Below are positions 29,844-39,919 of a stretch of DNA of 64,000 nucleotides, one piece after another. The notes below the pieces were generated by a model, which searched no databases, was not told the DNA's origin, and saw only the letters and a list, made by a program, of their open reading frames with translations. Position 1 is the stretch's first letter, and each line of letters begins with the position of its first letter. The DNA comes from Rhodanobacter sp. (GTDB taxonomy: Bacteria; Pseudomonadota; Gammaproteobacteria; Xanthomonadales; Rhodanobacteraceae), in contig JBIQLN010000005.1 of the NCBI GenBank assembly GCA_044464225.1, positions 31,659 through 95,658 on the forward strand. Direction: 5' to 3'. The position numbers and the translations under genes were made by a program.

Positions 29844-30887
29844 ATGAGTGAATCCCGCGTCGTCGACGCCGCCGAAAGCCCCGCCGAGCAGGTCGTCGAA
29901 GCCAGCGTCCGTCCGCGCACGTTGGCTGAATATGTCGGCCAGGCAGCGATGCGCGAACAATTGGCGCTTTCGATCGAAGCGGCGAGGAAGCGCGGCGATG
30001 CGCTGGACCACGTGCTGGTGTTCGGCCCTCCGGGCCTCGGCAAGACCACCATCTCGCACGTGATCGCCAACGAGTTGGGCGTCAACCTTCGCACCACGTC
30101 CGGCCCGGTGCTTGAACGCGCGGGCGATCTCGCCGCGCTGCTCACCAACCTGCAGCCGCACGACGTGCTTTTCATCGACGAAATCCACCGCCTGTCGCCG
30201 GTGGTGGAAGAGGTGCTGTATCCGGCGCTGGAAGATTTCCAGATCGACATCATGCTGGGCGAAGGGCCGGCCGCGCGTTCGATCAAGCTGGACCTGCCGC
30301 ACTTCACGCTGGTGGGGGCGACGACGCGCGCGGGCATGTTGACAAGTCCGTTGCGTGACCGCTTCGGCATCGTGCACCGGCTGGAGTTCTACACGCCTGG
30401 CGAACTGGCCTCGATCGTCGCGCGCTCGGCAAGGATCCTGGACATCGCCTGCGACGAAGAAGGCGCCGCGGAAATCGCGAGGCGTTCGCGCGGCACGCCG
30501 AGGATCGCCAACCGCCTGCTGCGCCGCGTGCGCGACTATGCCGAGGTGCGCGCGGGCGGCCGCATCACCCGCGGCGCAGCTTCCGCCGCGCTGGAAATGC
30601 TGCAGGTGGATGCCGGTGGCTACGACGAACTCGACCGCCGTCTGTTGCGCCTGGTCCTGGAGCAGTTCGGCGGCGGTCCGGTGGGTGTGGAATCGCTGGC
30701 GGCAGCGCTGGCCGAGGACCGCGACACCATCGAGGACGTGCTGGAACCCTACCTGATCCAGCAAGGCCTGCTGGCACGCACCGCGCGCGGACGCATCGCC
30801 ACCGCCAAGGCGTGGCGGCATTTCGGGTTGAAGCCGCCAAGGGGCAGCCAACCGGCGATGAACCTGTTCGAAGATCAGGGGTCCTAG
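29844..30887 (+). CDS. ruvB: Holliday junction DNA helicase RuvB
   Basis: Walker [10 protein letters not shown], Walker [12 protein letters not shown], sensor and winged-helix regions. 347 aa. Confidence 0.97.
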   Translation: MSESRVVDAAESPAEQVVEASVRPRTLAEYVGQAAMREQLALSIEAARKRGDALDHVLVFGPPGLGKTTISHVIANELGVNLRTTSGPVLERAGDLAALLTNLQPHDVLFIDEIHRLSPVVEEVLYPALEDFQIDIMLGEGPAARSIKLDLPHFTLVGATTRAGMLTSPLRDRFGIVHRLEFYTPGELASIVARSARILDIACDEEGAAEIARRSRGTPRIANRLLRRVRDYAEVRAGGRITRGAASAALEMLQVDAGGYDELDRRLLRLVLEQFGGGPVGVESLAAALAEDRDTIEDVLEPYLIQQGLLARTARGRIATAKAWRHFGLKPPRGSQPAMNLFEDQGS

Positions 30888-30891
30888 TCGA

Positions 30892-31332
30892 ATGGTCGAT
30901 GCGCTCGATCGTGCCCAACCGGCGTTCAGGTGGCGGACAAGGGTGTATTGGGAAGATACCGACGCTGGCGGCGTGGTGTATCACGCGGGGTACCTCCGGT
31001 TTCTGGAACGGGCGCGCACCGAATGGATGCGCGCCATGGCAATGGGGCAAGATGCCCTGCGCCGGTCGCACGGAATCGTGTTCGTGGTGCGCGAATTGAG
31101 CATCGCCTATGACAAGCCGGCCCGGCTCGATGACGAACTGGATTCGACCGTGCGCGTTGCGCGCGTGCGTTCGGCGAGTCTCGACATTGCACAGGATGTG
31201 CTGCGCGCCGCCGACGGCGTTACGCTGGCGCGCGCGCAGGTGCGGATCGCGTGCGTGGAGGCGGACGCGTTCGTGCCGCGCCGGATCCCCCCGGACATCG
31301 CTGATCTGATTCAAGGACACAACTTCGAATGA
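30892..31332 (+). CDS. ybgC: Tol-Pal-associated acyl-CoA thioesterase YbgC
   Basis: Hotdog-fold motif YWEDTDAGGVVYHAGYLRF. Overlaps the tolQ start. Confidence 0.88.
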   Translation: MVDALDRAQPAFRWRTRVYWEDTDAGGVVYHAGYLRFLERARTEWMRAMAMGQDALRRSHGIVFVVRELSIAYDKPARLDDELDSTVRVARVRSASLDIAQDVLRAADGVTLARAQVRIACVEADAFVPRRIPPDIADLIQGHNFE

Positions 31333-32048
31333 ACGGTTCCATCAACATCCTCGATTTGGTCATCCACGCCAGCTGGCCGGTGAAGCTGGTGCTGTTGATC
31401 CTGGTGATCTTCTCGTTCACCTCGTGGGTGATCATTTTCCGCAAGAAGGCGATGCTGGATGCCGCCGCCCGCGATGCGGACGGTTTCGAGGAACGCTTCT
31501 GGTCGGGCGTGGATCTCGCGGCGTTGTTCAGGGAGATCGGCAACCGCGCAGGCGAAGTGAGCGGGCTTGCCGCGGTGTTCGAATCCGGCTTCCGTGAATT
31601 CGTGCGCCAACGCCAGCGTGGGGGCGGCGAAGACCGGCGTGCGGTGATGGAGGCTTCGGAGCGCGCGATGCGGGTCGCCGGCACGCGCGAAGTGGAAAAG
31701 CTGGAACACAACCTCGAATACCTGGCCAATGTCGGGTCCATCAGCACCTACGTGGGACTGTTCGGCACCGTGTGGGGCATCATGATTGCCTTCCAGGGCC
31801 TCGGCAGCCTGAAGCAGGCCACCATCGCGACCGTCGCGCCGGGCATCTCCGAAGCGCTGGTCGCGACCGCCATGGGCCTGTTCGCCGCGATTCCGGCGGT
31901 CTGGGCGTACAACCGTTATTCGACGCGGCTGGAACGCATCACCGTCCGCTACGACACCTTCCAGGAAGAGTTTTCATCCGTGTTGCACCGGCAGATGCAA
32001 TCCGAGCAGGCCGCGCCGCAGGAACGCGCGAAGGCGCCGGTGCGATAG
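31329..32048 (+). CDS. tolQ: Tol-Pal system protein TolQ
   Basis: MotA/TolQ/ExbB pattern with three TM segments. Contains GLFGTVWGIM and ISEALVATAMGL. Confidence 0.95.
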   Translation: MNGSINILDLVIHASWPVKLVLLILVIFSFTSWVIIFRKKAMLDAAARDADGFEERFWSGVDLAALFREIGNRAGEVSGLAAVFESGFREFVRQRQRGGGEDRRAVMEASERAMRVAGTREVEKLEHNLEYLANVGSISTYVGLFGTVWGIMIAFQGLGSLKQATIATVAPGISEALVATAMGLFAAIPAVWAYNRYSTRLERITVRYDTFQEEFSSVLHRQMQSEQAAPQERAKAPVR

Positions 32049-32063
32049 GAGGCGCATTTCGTC

Positions 32064-32519
32064 ATGGCCCTGCAAACGCGCAACCACCGCCGCCGCCGCA
32101 TGGCGGAAATCAACATCGTGCCGTACATCGACGTGATGCTGGTGCTGCTGATCATCTTCATGGTAACCGCGCCGATGTTGAATCTCGGCGCCGACATCCA
32201 GTTGCCGCAGTCGGGTGCCAAGGCGCTGCAGGACGAGAAGCAACCGGTGCTGGTGACGGTGGACCATGACGGCAACGTATACCTGACGCTCGGCAAGAAC
32301 CCGCGCGAACAGGTCGATGACGAGACGCTGGTGAAAGACGTTTCCGCCTTCGTCAAGCAGGATCCGAAAGCCTCGGTGATGCTCGGCGGCGACAAGCGCG
32401 TCGACTACGGACGCGTCAACCAGGTGTTGGGATTGCTGCAGCAGGCCGGCGTCGCCAAGGTCGGATTGATGAGCCAGCCCGAGGCCGCGGTGGTCCCCGC
32501 GAGCAATGGAAAACGCTGA
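32064..32519 (+). CDS. tolR: Tol-Pal system protein TolR
   Basis: Contains EINIVPYIDVMLVLLIIFMV, the ExbD/TolR signature. 151 aa. Confidence 0.93.
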   Translation: MALQTRNHRRRRMAEINIVPYIDVMLVLLIIFMVTAPMLNLGADIQLPQSGAKALQDEKQPVLVTVDHDGNVYLTLGKNPREQVDDETLVKDVSAFVKQDPKASVMLGGDKRVDYGRVNQVLGLLQQAGVAKVGLMSQPEAAVVPASNGKR

Positions 32520-33432
32520 CGCCACACCGCGCGCGGTCGCCTATTCCGCGTTGCTGCACCTTGGGATCGTCGCCTTCCTCGCGCTGGCGACGCTGAATTG
32601 CACGCATTGGGAGGGGCTGGCCGACGTGCTGCACTTGCCCGAATCGCTGCGCCCGGTCACCTGTACGCACATGGTGCAGTTGCAGGGGCCGGTCATCGAG
32701 GCGACCCTGGTCGGCCCTGCCGCTGCACCGCCGCCGCCCGCCGCGAAGCATGCGCAGAAGGCTTCCCCCAAAATCGAGCAGAAGCCGATCCCCAAACCCC
32801 AGCCTGCGCCACCCGCCAACGTACGCGTGCTGCCGACGCCTGTGCCGCAGCCGAAATTGAAGGATCAGGAAAAGATCGCCGAGATCGCCGAGCAGAAGGC
32901 CGAGCAGGAAAAGAAGGCGCAGGAAGAACAGCAGAAGCAGCGGATGGCGGAGTTGACGAAACAGAAGGAAGCCGAGCGCATCCTGAGGGAATTGGCCAAG
33001 GTCAGGGCCGAGAGCGAAGCCCAGCAGCGCAAAATCAACCTCGAGGCGCAGAAGGCACAGCAACTCGCCGATCTGCACAAGGCCAGCCAGTCCCGGAATG
33101 CGCAGAACGTGCCGGAGGCCAAGCAGGCCATGACCGGGCAGGCAGGCACCTCCAACGACGCCTACATAGCCGCGTTGCAGAATGCGATCACCCAGAACTG
33201 GCTGCGTCCGGACAATATTCCGCCCGGCGTGGTCTGCCCGGTGGAGATCAAGCAGATACCGGGCGGTCAGGTGATCTCTGCCACAGTGTTGCCCAGTTGC
33301 CCGTTCAACGACGTGGCCAGGGCGTCGGTGGAACACGCGGTGCTGCGTTCCTCGCCACTGCCCTACAAGGGGTTTGAAAAGCAATTCAGCCGCGACATCA
33401 TCTTCAATTTCACGGTGACTTCATCGCAATGA
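32506..33432 (+). CDS. tolA: Tol-Pal system protein TolA
   Basis: N-terminal TM segment, a long Lys/Glu/Gln/Ala-rich helical domain and a conserved C-terminal domain. Lies between tolR and tolB. Confidence 0.85.
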   Translation: MENADATPRAVAYSALLHLGIVAFLALATLNCTHWEGLADVLHLPESLRPVTCTHMVQLQGPVIEATLVGPAAAPPPPAAKHAQKASPKIEQKPIPKPQPAPPANVRVLPTPVPQPKLKDQEKIAEIAEQKAEQEKKAQEEQQKQRMAELTKQKEAERILRELAKVRAESEAQQRKINLEAQKAQQLADLHKASQSRNAQNVPEAKQAMTGQAGTSNDAYIAALQNAITQNWLRPDNIPPGVVCPVEIKQIPGGQVISATVLPSCPFNDVARASVEHAVLRSSPLPYKGFEKQFSRDIIFNFTVTSSQ

Positions 33433-34760
33433 AAGGTGCTCGAATCATGCGAATGCCCAAAATCCTGGTTGCCCTGGCCATCGCGCTGCTTGCCGGAATG
33501 TTCGCCACGCAGGCGGGCGCGCAGGGGCTGACGGTGCAGATCGTCAACGGCGTGCCCTCGGCGATCCCGATCACGGTGGTGCCGTTCGGCCAGCAAGGTT
33601 CCGGGCCGGCATCGCCGGTGGACATCGCCCAGATCGTCAGCATGGACCTGAATCGCTGCGGCAAATTCCGCACGCTGCCGAATGGCGAGGTGGTGGAATC
33701 GCCGACCACGGGCTCGCAGATCAAGTTCGCGACCTGGCAGCAGTTGAAGCAGGATTACATCGTGGTGGGGCGCACCAGCTATGACGGCGGCGCGCTCAAG
33801 GCCGATTTCGAGCTGTGGGACGTCAACAAGCAGCAACAATTGCTGGGCCTGTCGATCACCGGGCAGGGCAGTGATCTGCGCCGGGTCGCGCACCAGATCG
33901 CCGACCAGATCTACCAGAAGATCATCGGGGTGCGCGGCGCCTTCGATACGCGCATTGCCTACGTGACGATGGTTGGCCTGGGTGACAACGCGCAATACGC
34001 GCTGGTGGTCGCCGATTCCGACGGCTACAACCCGCAGACCGTGGTGCGTTCGCACGAAGCGCTGCTGTCGCCGGCCTGGTCGCCGAACGGCCAGGAGCTG
34101 GCTTACGTTTCCTTCGAAAGCGGGAATTCCGCGATCTACATCCAGAACATCGCCACCGGTTCGCGCCGCGTGGTGTCCGCGCGCGCCGGCATCAATGGCG
34201 CGCCGCGTTTCGCGCCGGATGGAAAACGGCTCGCGGTGAGCCTTTCGTTCCAGGGCAATCCGGAGATCTACACGATGGATCTCGCCACCGGTGCGCTGAC
34301 GCGGTTGACCCACAATCTCGCGATCGACACCGAACCGCGCTGGACGCCGGACGGCGCCAACGTGGTGTTCACTTCGGACCGGTCCGGCAAGCCACAGTTG
34401 TACGAAATTCCGGCCTCCGGCGGCACGCCGCAACGCATCACTTTCCAGGGCCAGTACAACGCCAATGCGTCGATCACCTACGACGGCAAAAAAATTGCGA
34501 TGGTGCAGGGCAACGGGAACGTGTATCGTATTGCAGTGATGGACCGCTCTCTCGGCGGTCAGGAGACGTTCGTTTCCCCGGGCAATCTGGACGACGCGCC
34601 AAGCTGGGCACCCAACGCCAGCATGCTCCTCTACGCAGCCAACGAAGGGCCCCGCGGCGTCCTGTACGCTGTTTCGGCCGACGGGCGGGTGCGTCAGCGG
34701 CTGGTATTGGGCGACGGCGACGTGCGCGAACCGGCTTGGGGACCGTATCGGAATCCTTGA
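33429..34760 (+). CDS. tolB: Tol-Pal system beta-propeller protein TolB
   Basis: Signal peptide followed by repeated WD-like propeller blades (PAWSPNGQELAYVSFE, PRFAPDGKRLAVS, PRWTPDGANVVFTSDR). The true start may be the downstream MRMPKIL. Confidence 0.93.
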   Translation: MKGARIMRMPKILVALAIALLAGMFATQAGAQGLTVQIVNGVPSAIPITVVPFGQQGSGPASPVDIAQIVSMDLNRCGKFRTLPNGEVVESPTTGSQIKFATWQQLKQDYIVVGRTSYDGGALKADFELWDVNKQQQLLGLSITGQGSDLRRVAHQIADQIYQKIIGVRGAFDTRIAYVTMVGLGDNAQYALVVADSDGYNPQTVVRSHEALLSPAWSPNGQELAYVSFESGNSAIYIQNIATGSRRVVSARAGINGAPRFAPDGKRLAVSLSFQGNPEIYTMDLATGALTRLTHNLAIDTEPRWTPDGANVVFTSDRSGKPQLYEIPASGGTPQRITFQGQYNANASITYDGKKIAMVQGNGNVYRIAVMDRSLGGQETFVSPGNLDDAPSWAPNASMLLYAANEGPRGVLYAVSADGRVRQRLVLGDGDVREPAWGPYRNP

Positions 34761-34807
34761 CGCCACCTTGATCGAAAGGATGCTTCAATTCAACATGTTG
34801 TACCCAC

Positions 34808-34824
34808 CACTCACTCACTCACTC
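34808..34824 (+). repeat. (CACT)4 tetranucleotide repeat followed by an A8 tract in the tolB-pal spacer
   Basis: Read directly: cactcactcactcactc, then gttcaaaaaaaagg, 25-40 nt upstream of the pal ATG. Confidence 0.9.
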
Positions 34825-34848
34825 GTTCAAAAAAAGGATGGATTCGCC

Positions 34849-35358
34849 ATGAACGCAACCGTTCGCGTCTCCGTAGTTGCACTGTTTTGCCTGGCCGCAG
34901 CGGCCTGTGCCAAGAAGCAGGAAGTCAAGGCGCCGCCGCCGCCCGAAGCTCCGACCACCACCACCGCGCCGACCACTACCGAAGGCGCCTTTACGCCGGC
35001 CGACCTGCAGACCAACGCCTGCCTGCGTACCCGCGTGATCTACTTCGACTTCGACAAGAGCGACATCCAGCCCCAGTTCGACAACATCGTCGCCTGCCAC
35101 GCCAAGTACCTACGCGATCGTCCGATGGCGCGCATGACCATCGAAGGCAATACCGACGAACGCGGCACCCGCGAGTACAACCTCGGCCTCGGTGAACGCC
35201 GTGGCAACGCGCTTGCAAGCGCGCTGGAAGCCGCCGGTGCCTCGGCCGACCAGATCAAGGTCGTGAGCTATGGCGAGGAACGCCCGGTGTGCCGTGAGCA
35301 CAACGAGAGCTGCTGGCACCAGAACCGCCGCGACAACATCGTCTACACCACCGAGTGA
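34849..35358 (+). CDS. pal: Peptidoglycan-associated lipoprotein Pal
   Basis: Trimmed to MNATVRVSVVALFCLAAAAC (lipobox). OmpA-like motif NTDERGTREYNLGLGERR. Confidence 0.93.
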   Translation: MNATVRVSVVALFCLAAAACAKKQEVKAPPPPEAPTTTTAPTTTEGAFTPADLQTNACLRTRVIYFDFDKSDIQPQFDNIVACHAKYLRDRPMARMTIEGNTDERGTREYNLGLGERRGNALASALEAAGASADQIKVVSYGEERPVCREHNESCWHQNRRDNIVYTTE

Positions 35359-36179
35359 TCGGCGTGTCAATCGACGTACGCAAGTCGCGCACGTTCGCAC
35401 GAATCATGGCCGCTTCGGCGGCCATGATCGTTGCAGGGGCGTGCATTTCCACGGCCTCGGCGCAGGACGCACATCAGGATTCCCAAATCGCGCCGCCGCC
35501 ATCGAACAGCCTCTCGCTGGTCAACCAGATCCAGGCCATGCGTGACCAGATGCAGCAGATGCAGGGGCAGATCGAGGAGTTGCAGCACCAGCTCCGGCAA
35601 ATGCAGCAGACCGGCAAGGACCAGTACATCGATCTGGATTCGAGGATCGGCAAATTGGAACATGCGCAGCCTGCGACCTCGGCTTCAGCGCCCGCGCCCG
35701 TCGCCGCGGCAAGCGTGACCACGGCATCCGCGTCTGCGGCGCCGAAAGCACCGCCGCCAGCCGAGCCGGCTTCTCCCGCCGACCAGGCGGCTGCGCAAGC
35801 CGATTTCGATGCCGCGTTCAAATCGCTGCGGGCCGGCAATTACGTCGATTCCGCGCGCGGCTTCCGCGCCTTCATCGACAAGTACCCCGACAGTACCCTG
35901 GCGCCGAACGCGTATTACTGGCTGGGCAGTTCGTACCAGGTCACCCAGAACTACAAACCCGCGCTGGCCGCGTTCGAGACGTTGCTGCGGAAATACCCCG
36001 ACGACAGCAAAGCCCCGGAAGCGCAACTGCGCGTCGCCGATTGCGAGATCGCGCTGAAGGAGTTCGCCGCCGCGCGGGCCACGCTGCAGGCGGTGATCAA
36101 CGCGCATCCCGGCACGTCGCTGGAAAAGCGCGCGCGCGACCGGATGAACGACATCCCGCCGTCCGCAGGGGCGAAGTGA
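35355..36179 (+). CDS. cpoB: Tol-Pal cell-division coordinator CpoB (YbgF)
   Basis: Signal peptide, Gln-rich coiled coil ([27 protein letters not shown]) and C-terminal TPR repeats (YYWLGSSY). Start uncertain: GTG at 35355 or ATG at 35406. Confidence 0.85.
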   Translation: MIGVSIDVRKSRTFARIMAASAAMIVAGACISTASAQDAHQDSQIAPPPSNSLSLVNQIQAMRDQMQQMQGQIEELQHQLRQMQQTGKDQYIDLDSRIGKLEHAQPATSASAPAPVAAASVTTASASAAPKAPPPAEPASPADQAAAQADFDAAFKSLRAGNYVDSARGFRAFIDKYPDSTLAPNAYYWLGSSYQVTQNYKPALAAFETLLRKYPDDSKAPEAQLRVADCEIALKEFAAARATLQAVINAHPGTSLEKRARDRMNDIPPSAGAK

Positions 36180-36189
36180 AGCGTCGGCC

Positions 36190-36876
36190 ATGATGACCGG
36201 GGCACCGGCGGTGGTGCTGGTTTCCGGTGGCATGGACTCGGCGGTCACGCTGGCGATGGCGCGTGCACGAGGTTTCGCATGTCACGCGTTGTCGGTGGCG
36301 TACGGCCAGCGCCATGCCTCGGAACTGGCTGCCGCCGCGCGCGTTGCGACGATGCTCGGCGCGATCCAGCACAAGACCGTATCCGTGGATCTGCGCAGCA
36401 TCGGCGGTTCGGCGCTCACCGCCGACATCGCGGTACCCCAACACGTTGACGGGCACGGCGAGAACGACATACCGGTCACCTACGTGCCGGCACGCAACAC
36501 CATCATGCTGTCCATCGCGCTGGGCTGGGCGGAGACGCTGGGTGCGAACGATCTCTTCTGTGGCGTCAACGCGGTCGATTACTCGGGCTACCCCGATTGC
36601 CGCCCCGCCTTCATCGAAGCGTTCGAGCGCCTCGCCAACCTCGCCACCAAGGCCGGCGTGGAAGGTCGTGCGCTGCGCGTGCACGCGCCGCTTATCGAGT
36701 TGTCGAAGGCCGATATCGTCCGTGAGGGCGTGCGGCTGGGCGTCGACTTTGCGGCGACGGTTTCGTGCTATCGCGCCGATACGGAAGGTCGTGCCTGCGG
36801 CCACTGCGACGCTTGCGTGCTGCGCGCGCGCGGATTCGCCGATGCCGGCGTTGCCGATCCGACGTACTACGCCTGA
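36190..36876 (+). CDS. queC: 7-cyano-7-deazaguanine synthase QueC
   Basis: PP-loop [11 protein letters not shown] and C-terminal zinc Cys cluster [17 protein letters not shown]. Confidence 0.93.
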   Translation: MMTGAPAVVLVSGGMDSAVTLAMARARGFACHALSVAYGQRHASELAAAARVATMLGAIQHKTVSVDLRSIGGSALTADIAVPQHVDGHGENDIPVTYVPARNTIMLSIALGWAETLGANDLFCGVNAVDYSGYPDCRPAFIEAFERLANLATKAGVEGRALRVHAPLIELSKADIVREGVRLGVDFAATVSCYRADTEGRACGHCDACVLRARGFADAGVADPTYYA

Positions 36877-37046
36877 TGCGCATCTGCGGTTAGAATAGCC
36901 GGCTCGCTTTTCACGAAGCGCAGTTTCGGTGCAGGTCGCCGCACGGGGCTCTCATCGCGGCGTCACGCGCCCGGCTTCCGGACGCCTCTCCCGGACGCGG
37001 CAGAGGGAGTGACAATCGCGCTTCGCAATGCGACATTGGCAAGAGC

Positions 37047-37121
37047 GGGCCGTTAGCTCAGCGGTAGAGCAGTGGACTTTTAATCCATTGGTCGAAGGTT
37101 CGATCCCTTCACGGCCCACCA
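37047..37121 (+). tRNA. tRNA-Lys (anticodon TTT)
   Basis: GGGCCGTTAGCTCAGCGGTAGAGCAGTGGACTTTTAATCCATTGGTCGAAGGTTCGATCCCTTCACGGCCCACCA. Acceptor GGGCCGT/ACGGCCC, anticodon loop cTTTTAa, T-loop GGTTCGATCC, encoded CCA. Confidence 0.92.
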
Positions 37122-37150
37122 TTTCCTCCGGTCGCGCGACTCTTCCCTCG

Positions 37151-38713
37151 TCAGGCGCGGTAGTAGTCCCGCATCGGGTAATGGCGTGCGTACAGCGCGA
37201 AGACCAGCGCCGCGAGCGCGGCGAAGCCTGCGAAGAAAAACATCAGGAATGCGGTTTCTTCGATCCCGGTCGCGGCGACCCAGCTGGTGACGATGTGGTT
37301 GCGGATGCCGGCGTCGGCCAGCAGCACCCACAGGTTGCCGAAGGTGACCGACAGCATCCAGAAGCTCATGATCGAGCCCTTCATCGAAGGCGGCGCCTGG
37401 CTGTAGGCGAACTCCAGCCCCGTGGCGGAAACCAGCACTTCGCCCAGTGTCAGCAGCGCGTAGGGCAGGATCTGCCAGGCAATCGAAACCATGCTGCCGC
37501 CGTCGAGCGCAAGCTGCAGCGTGCCCGCGGCCACCCACGCCAGCGCCGACAACGCAATGCCTGCTCCCATCCTGCGCAGCGCGGTGGGCTCGATGCCGAT
37601 GCGCCGCATGAGCGGGAACAGTACGAGGTTGTTGAAAGGGATCAGCAGCAACACCAGCATCGGGTTCAGCGCCTGCATCTGCGCTTCGTGGAACCAGGCC
37701 GGCTTGGCCATTTCCGCGCCCTGCAGTACCCAGGTCGAAGCCTTCTGGTCGAACAGCGACCAGAACGGTGTCACCAGTGCGAACACCACCAGCACGCGCA
37801 GCACGCCGCGCACGCCATCGACCGCTTCTTCCGGATGCGCGCCCCGCGCGCGATCCAGCTGCATCGCGGTGCCGATGCCCCCGAATGCCAGCACTGCTCC
37901 GAGCGCAAGACAGGCGCCGATCACGAAACCGAGCGCGGGAATCATTGCCAATGCCGCGACGGCCACGCCGACACCCGAGATCGCGATCCACAATCCCGGG
38001 CGTGCCTGACCGCGATCGTGCGCCAGCAGCGCGGTGCGCGCGACGCGCAGCAGCGAGTGGGGATCCGGCGGTGTCGGCGGCACCCTCACGTAGCGGCGGC
38101 GACCCAGCCAGAACACCACCAGCGCGATCGCCATCAATGCGCCGGGAATGCCGAACGCGATGGCCGGCCCGAGGTCGCGCAGGAACAGCGGCATCAACAG
38201 CGACGCGAAGAACGAACCGAAATTGATGATCCAGTAGAAGCCGTCGTAGACAACCTTGGCGCGGTGCTTGTTGCTGGAGTCGAACTGGTCGCCGACGAAG
38301 GCCGACACCAGCGGCTTGATGCCGCCCGAACCGAGCGCGATCAGGAACAGGCCAGTGTAGAAACCGGTACGGTTGTGCTCGAACAGCGCGAGGCAGGCGT
38401 GCCCGACGACATACACCATCGAAAGCCACAACACCGTGTGGTACTTGCCGAAGAACCGATCCGCGATCCACCCGCCCAGCAGCGGGAAGAAGTACACGCC
38501 GATCACGAAGGTGTGGAAGACATCCTTCGCCGCCAGCGCGCGTTCGTCCAGCGGCAGGAACACCAGCAAGGTCGACACCAGGAACGGTGTCAGGATGTTG
38601 CGCATGCCATAGAAACTGAAGCGCTCGCATCCTTCGGTGGCGATGATGTAGGGGATCTGGCGAGGCAGTGCTGCGGGCGCCGTGCCAGCGGCGGTGGCGG
38701 CGGTTGTCGTCAT
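37151..38713 (-). CDS. POT/PTR2-family proton-dependent di/tripeptide transporter
   Basis: PTR2 signature GCERFSFYGMRNIL near the N-terminus and about 14 TM segments. 520 aa. Confidence 0.9.
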   Translation of the reverse strand: MTTTAATAAGTAPAALPRQIPYIIATEGCERFSFYGMRNILTPFLVSTLLVFLPLDERALAAKDVFHTFVIGVYFFPLLGGWIADRFFGKYHTVLWLSMVYVVGHACLALFEHNRTGFYTGLFLIALGSGGIKPLVSAFVGDQFDSSNKHRAKVVYDGFYWIINFGSFFASLLMPLFLRDLGPAIAFGIPGALMAIALVVFWLGRRRYVRVPPTPPDPHSLLRVARTALLAHDRGQARPGLWIAISGVGVAVAALAMIPALGFVIGACLALGAVLAFGGIGTAMQLDRARGAHPEEAVDGVRGVLRVLVVFALVTPFWSLFDQKASTWVLQGAEMAKPAWFHEAQMQALNPMLVLLLIPFNNLVLFPLMRRIGIEPTALRRMGAGIALSALAWVAAGTLQLALDGGSMVSIAWQILPYALLTLGEVLVSATGLEFAYSQAPPSMKGSIMSFWMLSVTFGNLWVLLADAGIRNHIVTSWVAATGIEETAFLMFFFAGFAALAALVFALYARHYPMRDYYRA

Positions 38714-38895
38714 CGTCGTGAAATGGAAAGGGACCGGCCGAGCATAGTGGTTTTACCTCGCCACGTCCGGGCGCAGAGGGCGGTTTCGGTGGCGTGCGGT
38801 TGGGTCCCGTTAACCCCGCCGTCGCGCCTGCGGTATAGGATGGATCTTTGCAGCGGAGCACCCCGATGAACGTCACGGAAGAAGGAGGGACAGTC

Positions 38896-39129
38896 ATGCA
38901 GAACGGAGCGGAAGCAATGTCGAGCGCAAAGGAACACATGCTGCACGGCGCCAACGTGGTTGCCGACCAGGGCCAGGAGATGGCGAGCAAGGCTTGGCGC
39001 GGCGCGCAACGCGCCGGCGACCAGGTCAGCGGTTTCGTGCATCGCCGGCCGGTCGAAACCGCGCTGCTGAGTGCGGCGGTGGCTTGCCTGATCACCGGTC
39101 TGGCATTCTGGGCCACGCGACCCGATTGA
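38896..39129 (+). CDS. Small tail-anchored membrane protein (ElaB/YqjD-like architecture)
   Basis: Strong AAGGAGG 5-6 nt upstream of the ATG at 38896. 77 aa with a polar helical N-terminus and a single C-terminal TM segment (ALLSAAVACLITGLAFWA). Confidence 0.55.
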   Translation: MQNGAEAMSSAKEHMLHGANVVADQGQEMASKAWRGAQRAGDQVSGFVHRRPVETALLSAAVACLITGLAFWATRPD

Positions 39130-39137
39130 CCCGGGCG

Positions 39138-39833
39138 TCAATCGCCGCCCGGCCGGAAACGCTTCACCACCACCGGCACCAGCGCCAGCAGCCCCAGCCC
39201 GACCAGCGGCAGCCAGATGTGCGGCTCCGTGATCAGGCCGGGGCTCAAACCTTGCCCTTCCGCGATGGATTGGCTGAGGCCGGCGCCGATTGCGGTCTCG
39301 AACACCAGCATGATCACCCCGCCGAGTGCGGTCGCCAAGGTGAACAACCAGACCGGACAACGCAGCCACGCCAGCGCGACCGTGACGCCGCCGAACGGAA
39401 ACAGCGGCACCAGGCGCAGGAAGAGCGTGTACCAGACAGGGTTGGTTTGATAGCCCTGCCGCACGCGTTCCACGAACTTCGGTGGCGGGCGCTTCCCCGC
39501 GCTGAACGCGTGCCGTGCGGCATAAAAAAGCATCAGCGAGCCGAGCAGCTCGCCTACCAGCGAAAGGCCGATCGCCGGCCCCATCCCGAACAGCATCCCT
39601 CCGGCGATGATGATGAACAGCGGGCCGGGGAGCGCCGTCGCGATCGAGATCGTCAGGACCACGACGTACACCACGTAGGTGAGCAGGGGATGTGCGGCGA
39701 TCTGGCGGGACCAGTTCGCCTGTTCGGTCATGATGTGGTGCGGGGAAAGTTGCTCCAGCATGCCGCTCGCGCCGACGGCGACCCCGATCGCGATCAGGAT
39801 CACCAACGGAATGAAAGCGCGCAATCGGCTCAT
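39138..39833 (-). CDS. TVP38/TMEM64 (DedA-superfamily) membrane protein
   Basis: 231 aa, polytopic. Contains LPGPLFIIIAGGMLFG and RLVPLFPFGGVTVALA, typical of the SNARE-associated/TVP38 family. Confidence 0.85.
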   Translation of the reverse strand: MSRLRAFIPLVILIAIGVAVGASGMLEQLSPHHIMTEQANWSRQIAAHPLLTYVVYVVVLTISIATALPGPLFIIIAGGMLFGMGPAIGLSLVGELLGSLMLFYAARHAFSAGKRPPPKFVERVRQGYQTNPVWYTLFLRLVPLFPFGGVTVALAWLRCPVWLFTLATALGGVIMLVFETAIGAGLSQSIAEGQGLSPGLITEPHIWLPLVGLGLLALVPVVVKRFRPGGD

Positions 39834-39919
39834 GGCTCAGGGGCAAACGAAATGTCCGGAAGCATAGCCGGTCCAACGCGGCCACAGGCAGTGCGCTTCC
39901 ACGATTGATCCAGATCAAG

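Noticed and set aside
37028-39116. Two long ORFs (613 aa plus strand, 678 aa minus-strand alternative frame) overlapping tRNA-Lys and the POT transporter
   Set aside because: One runs straight through a tRNA gene, and both are Arg/His/Gly-rich. The in-frame POT transporter ORF (37151..38713) has the PTR2 signature.
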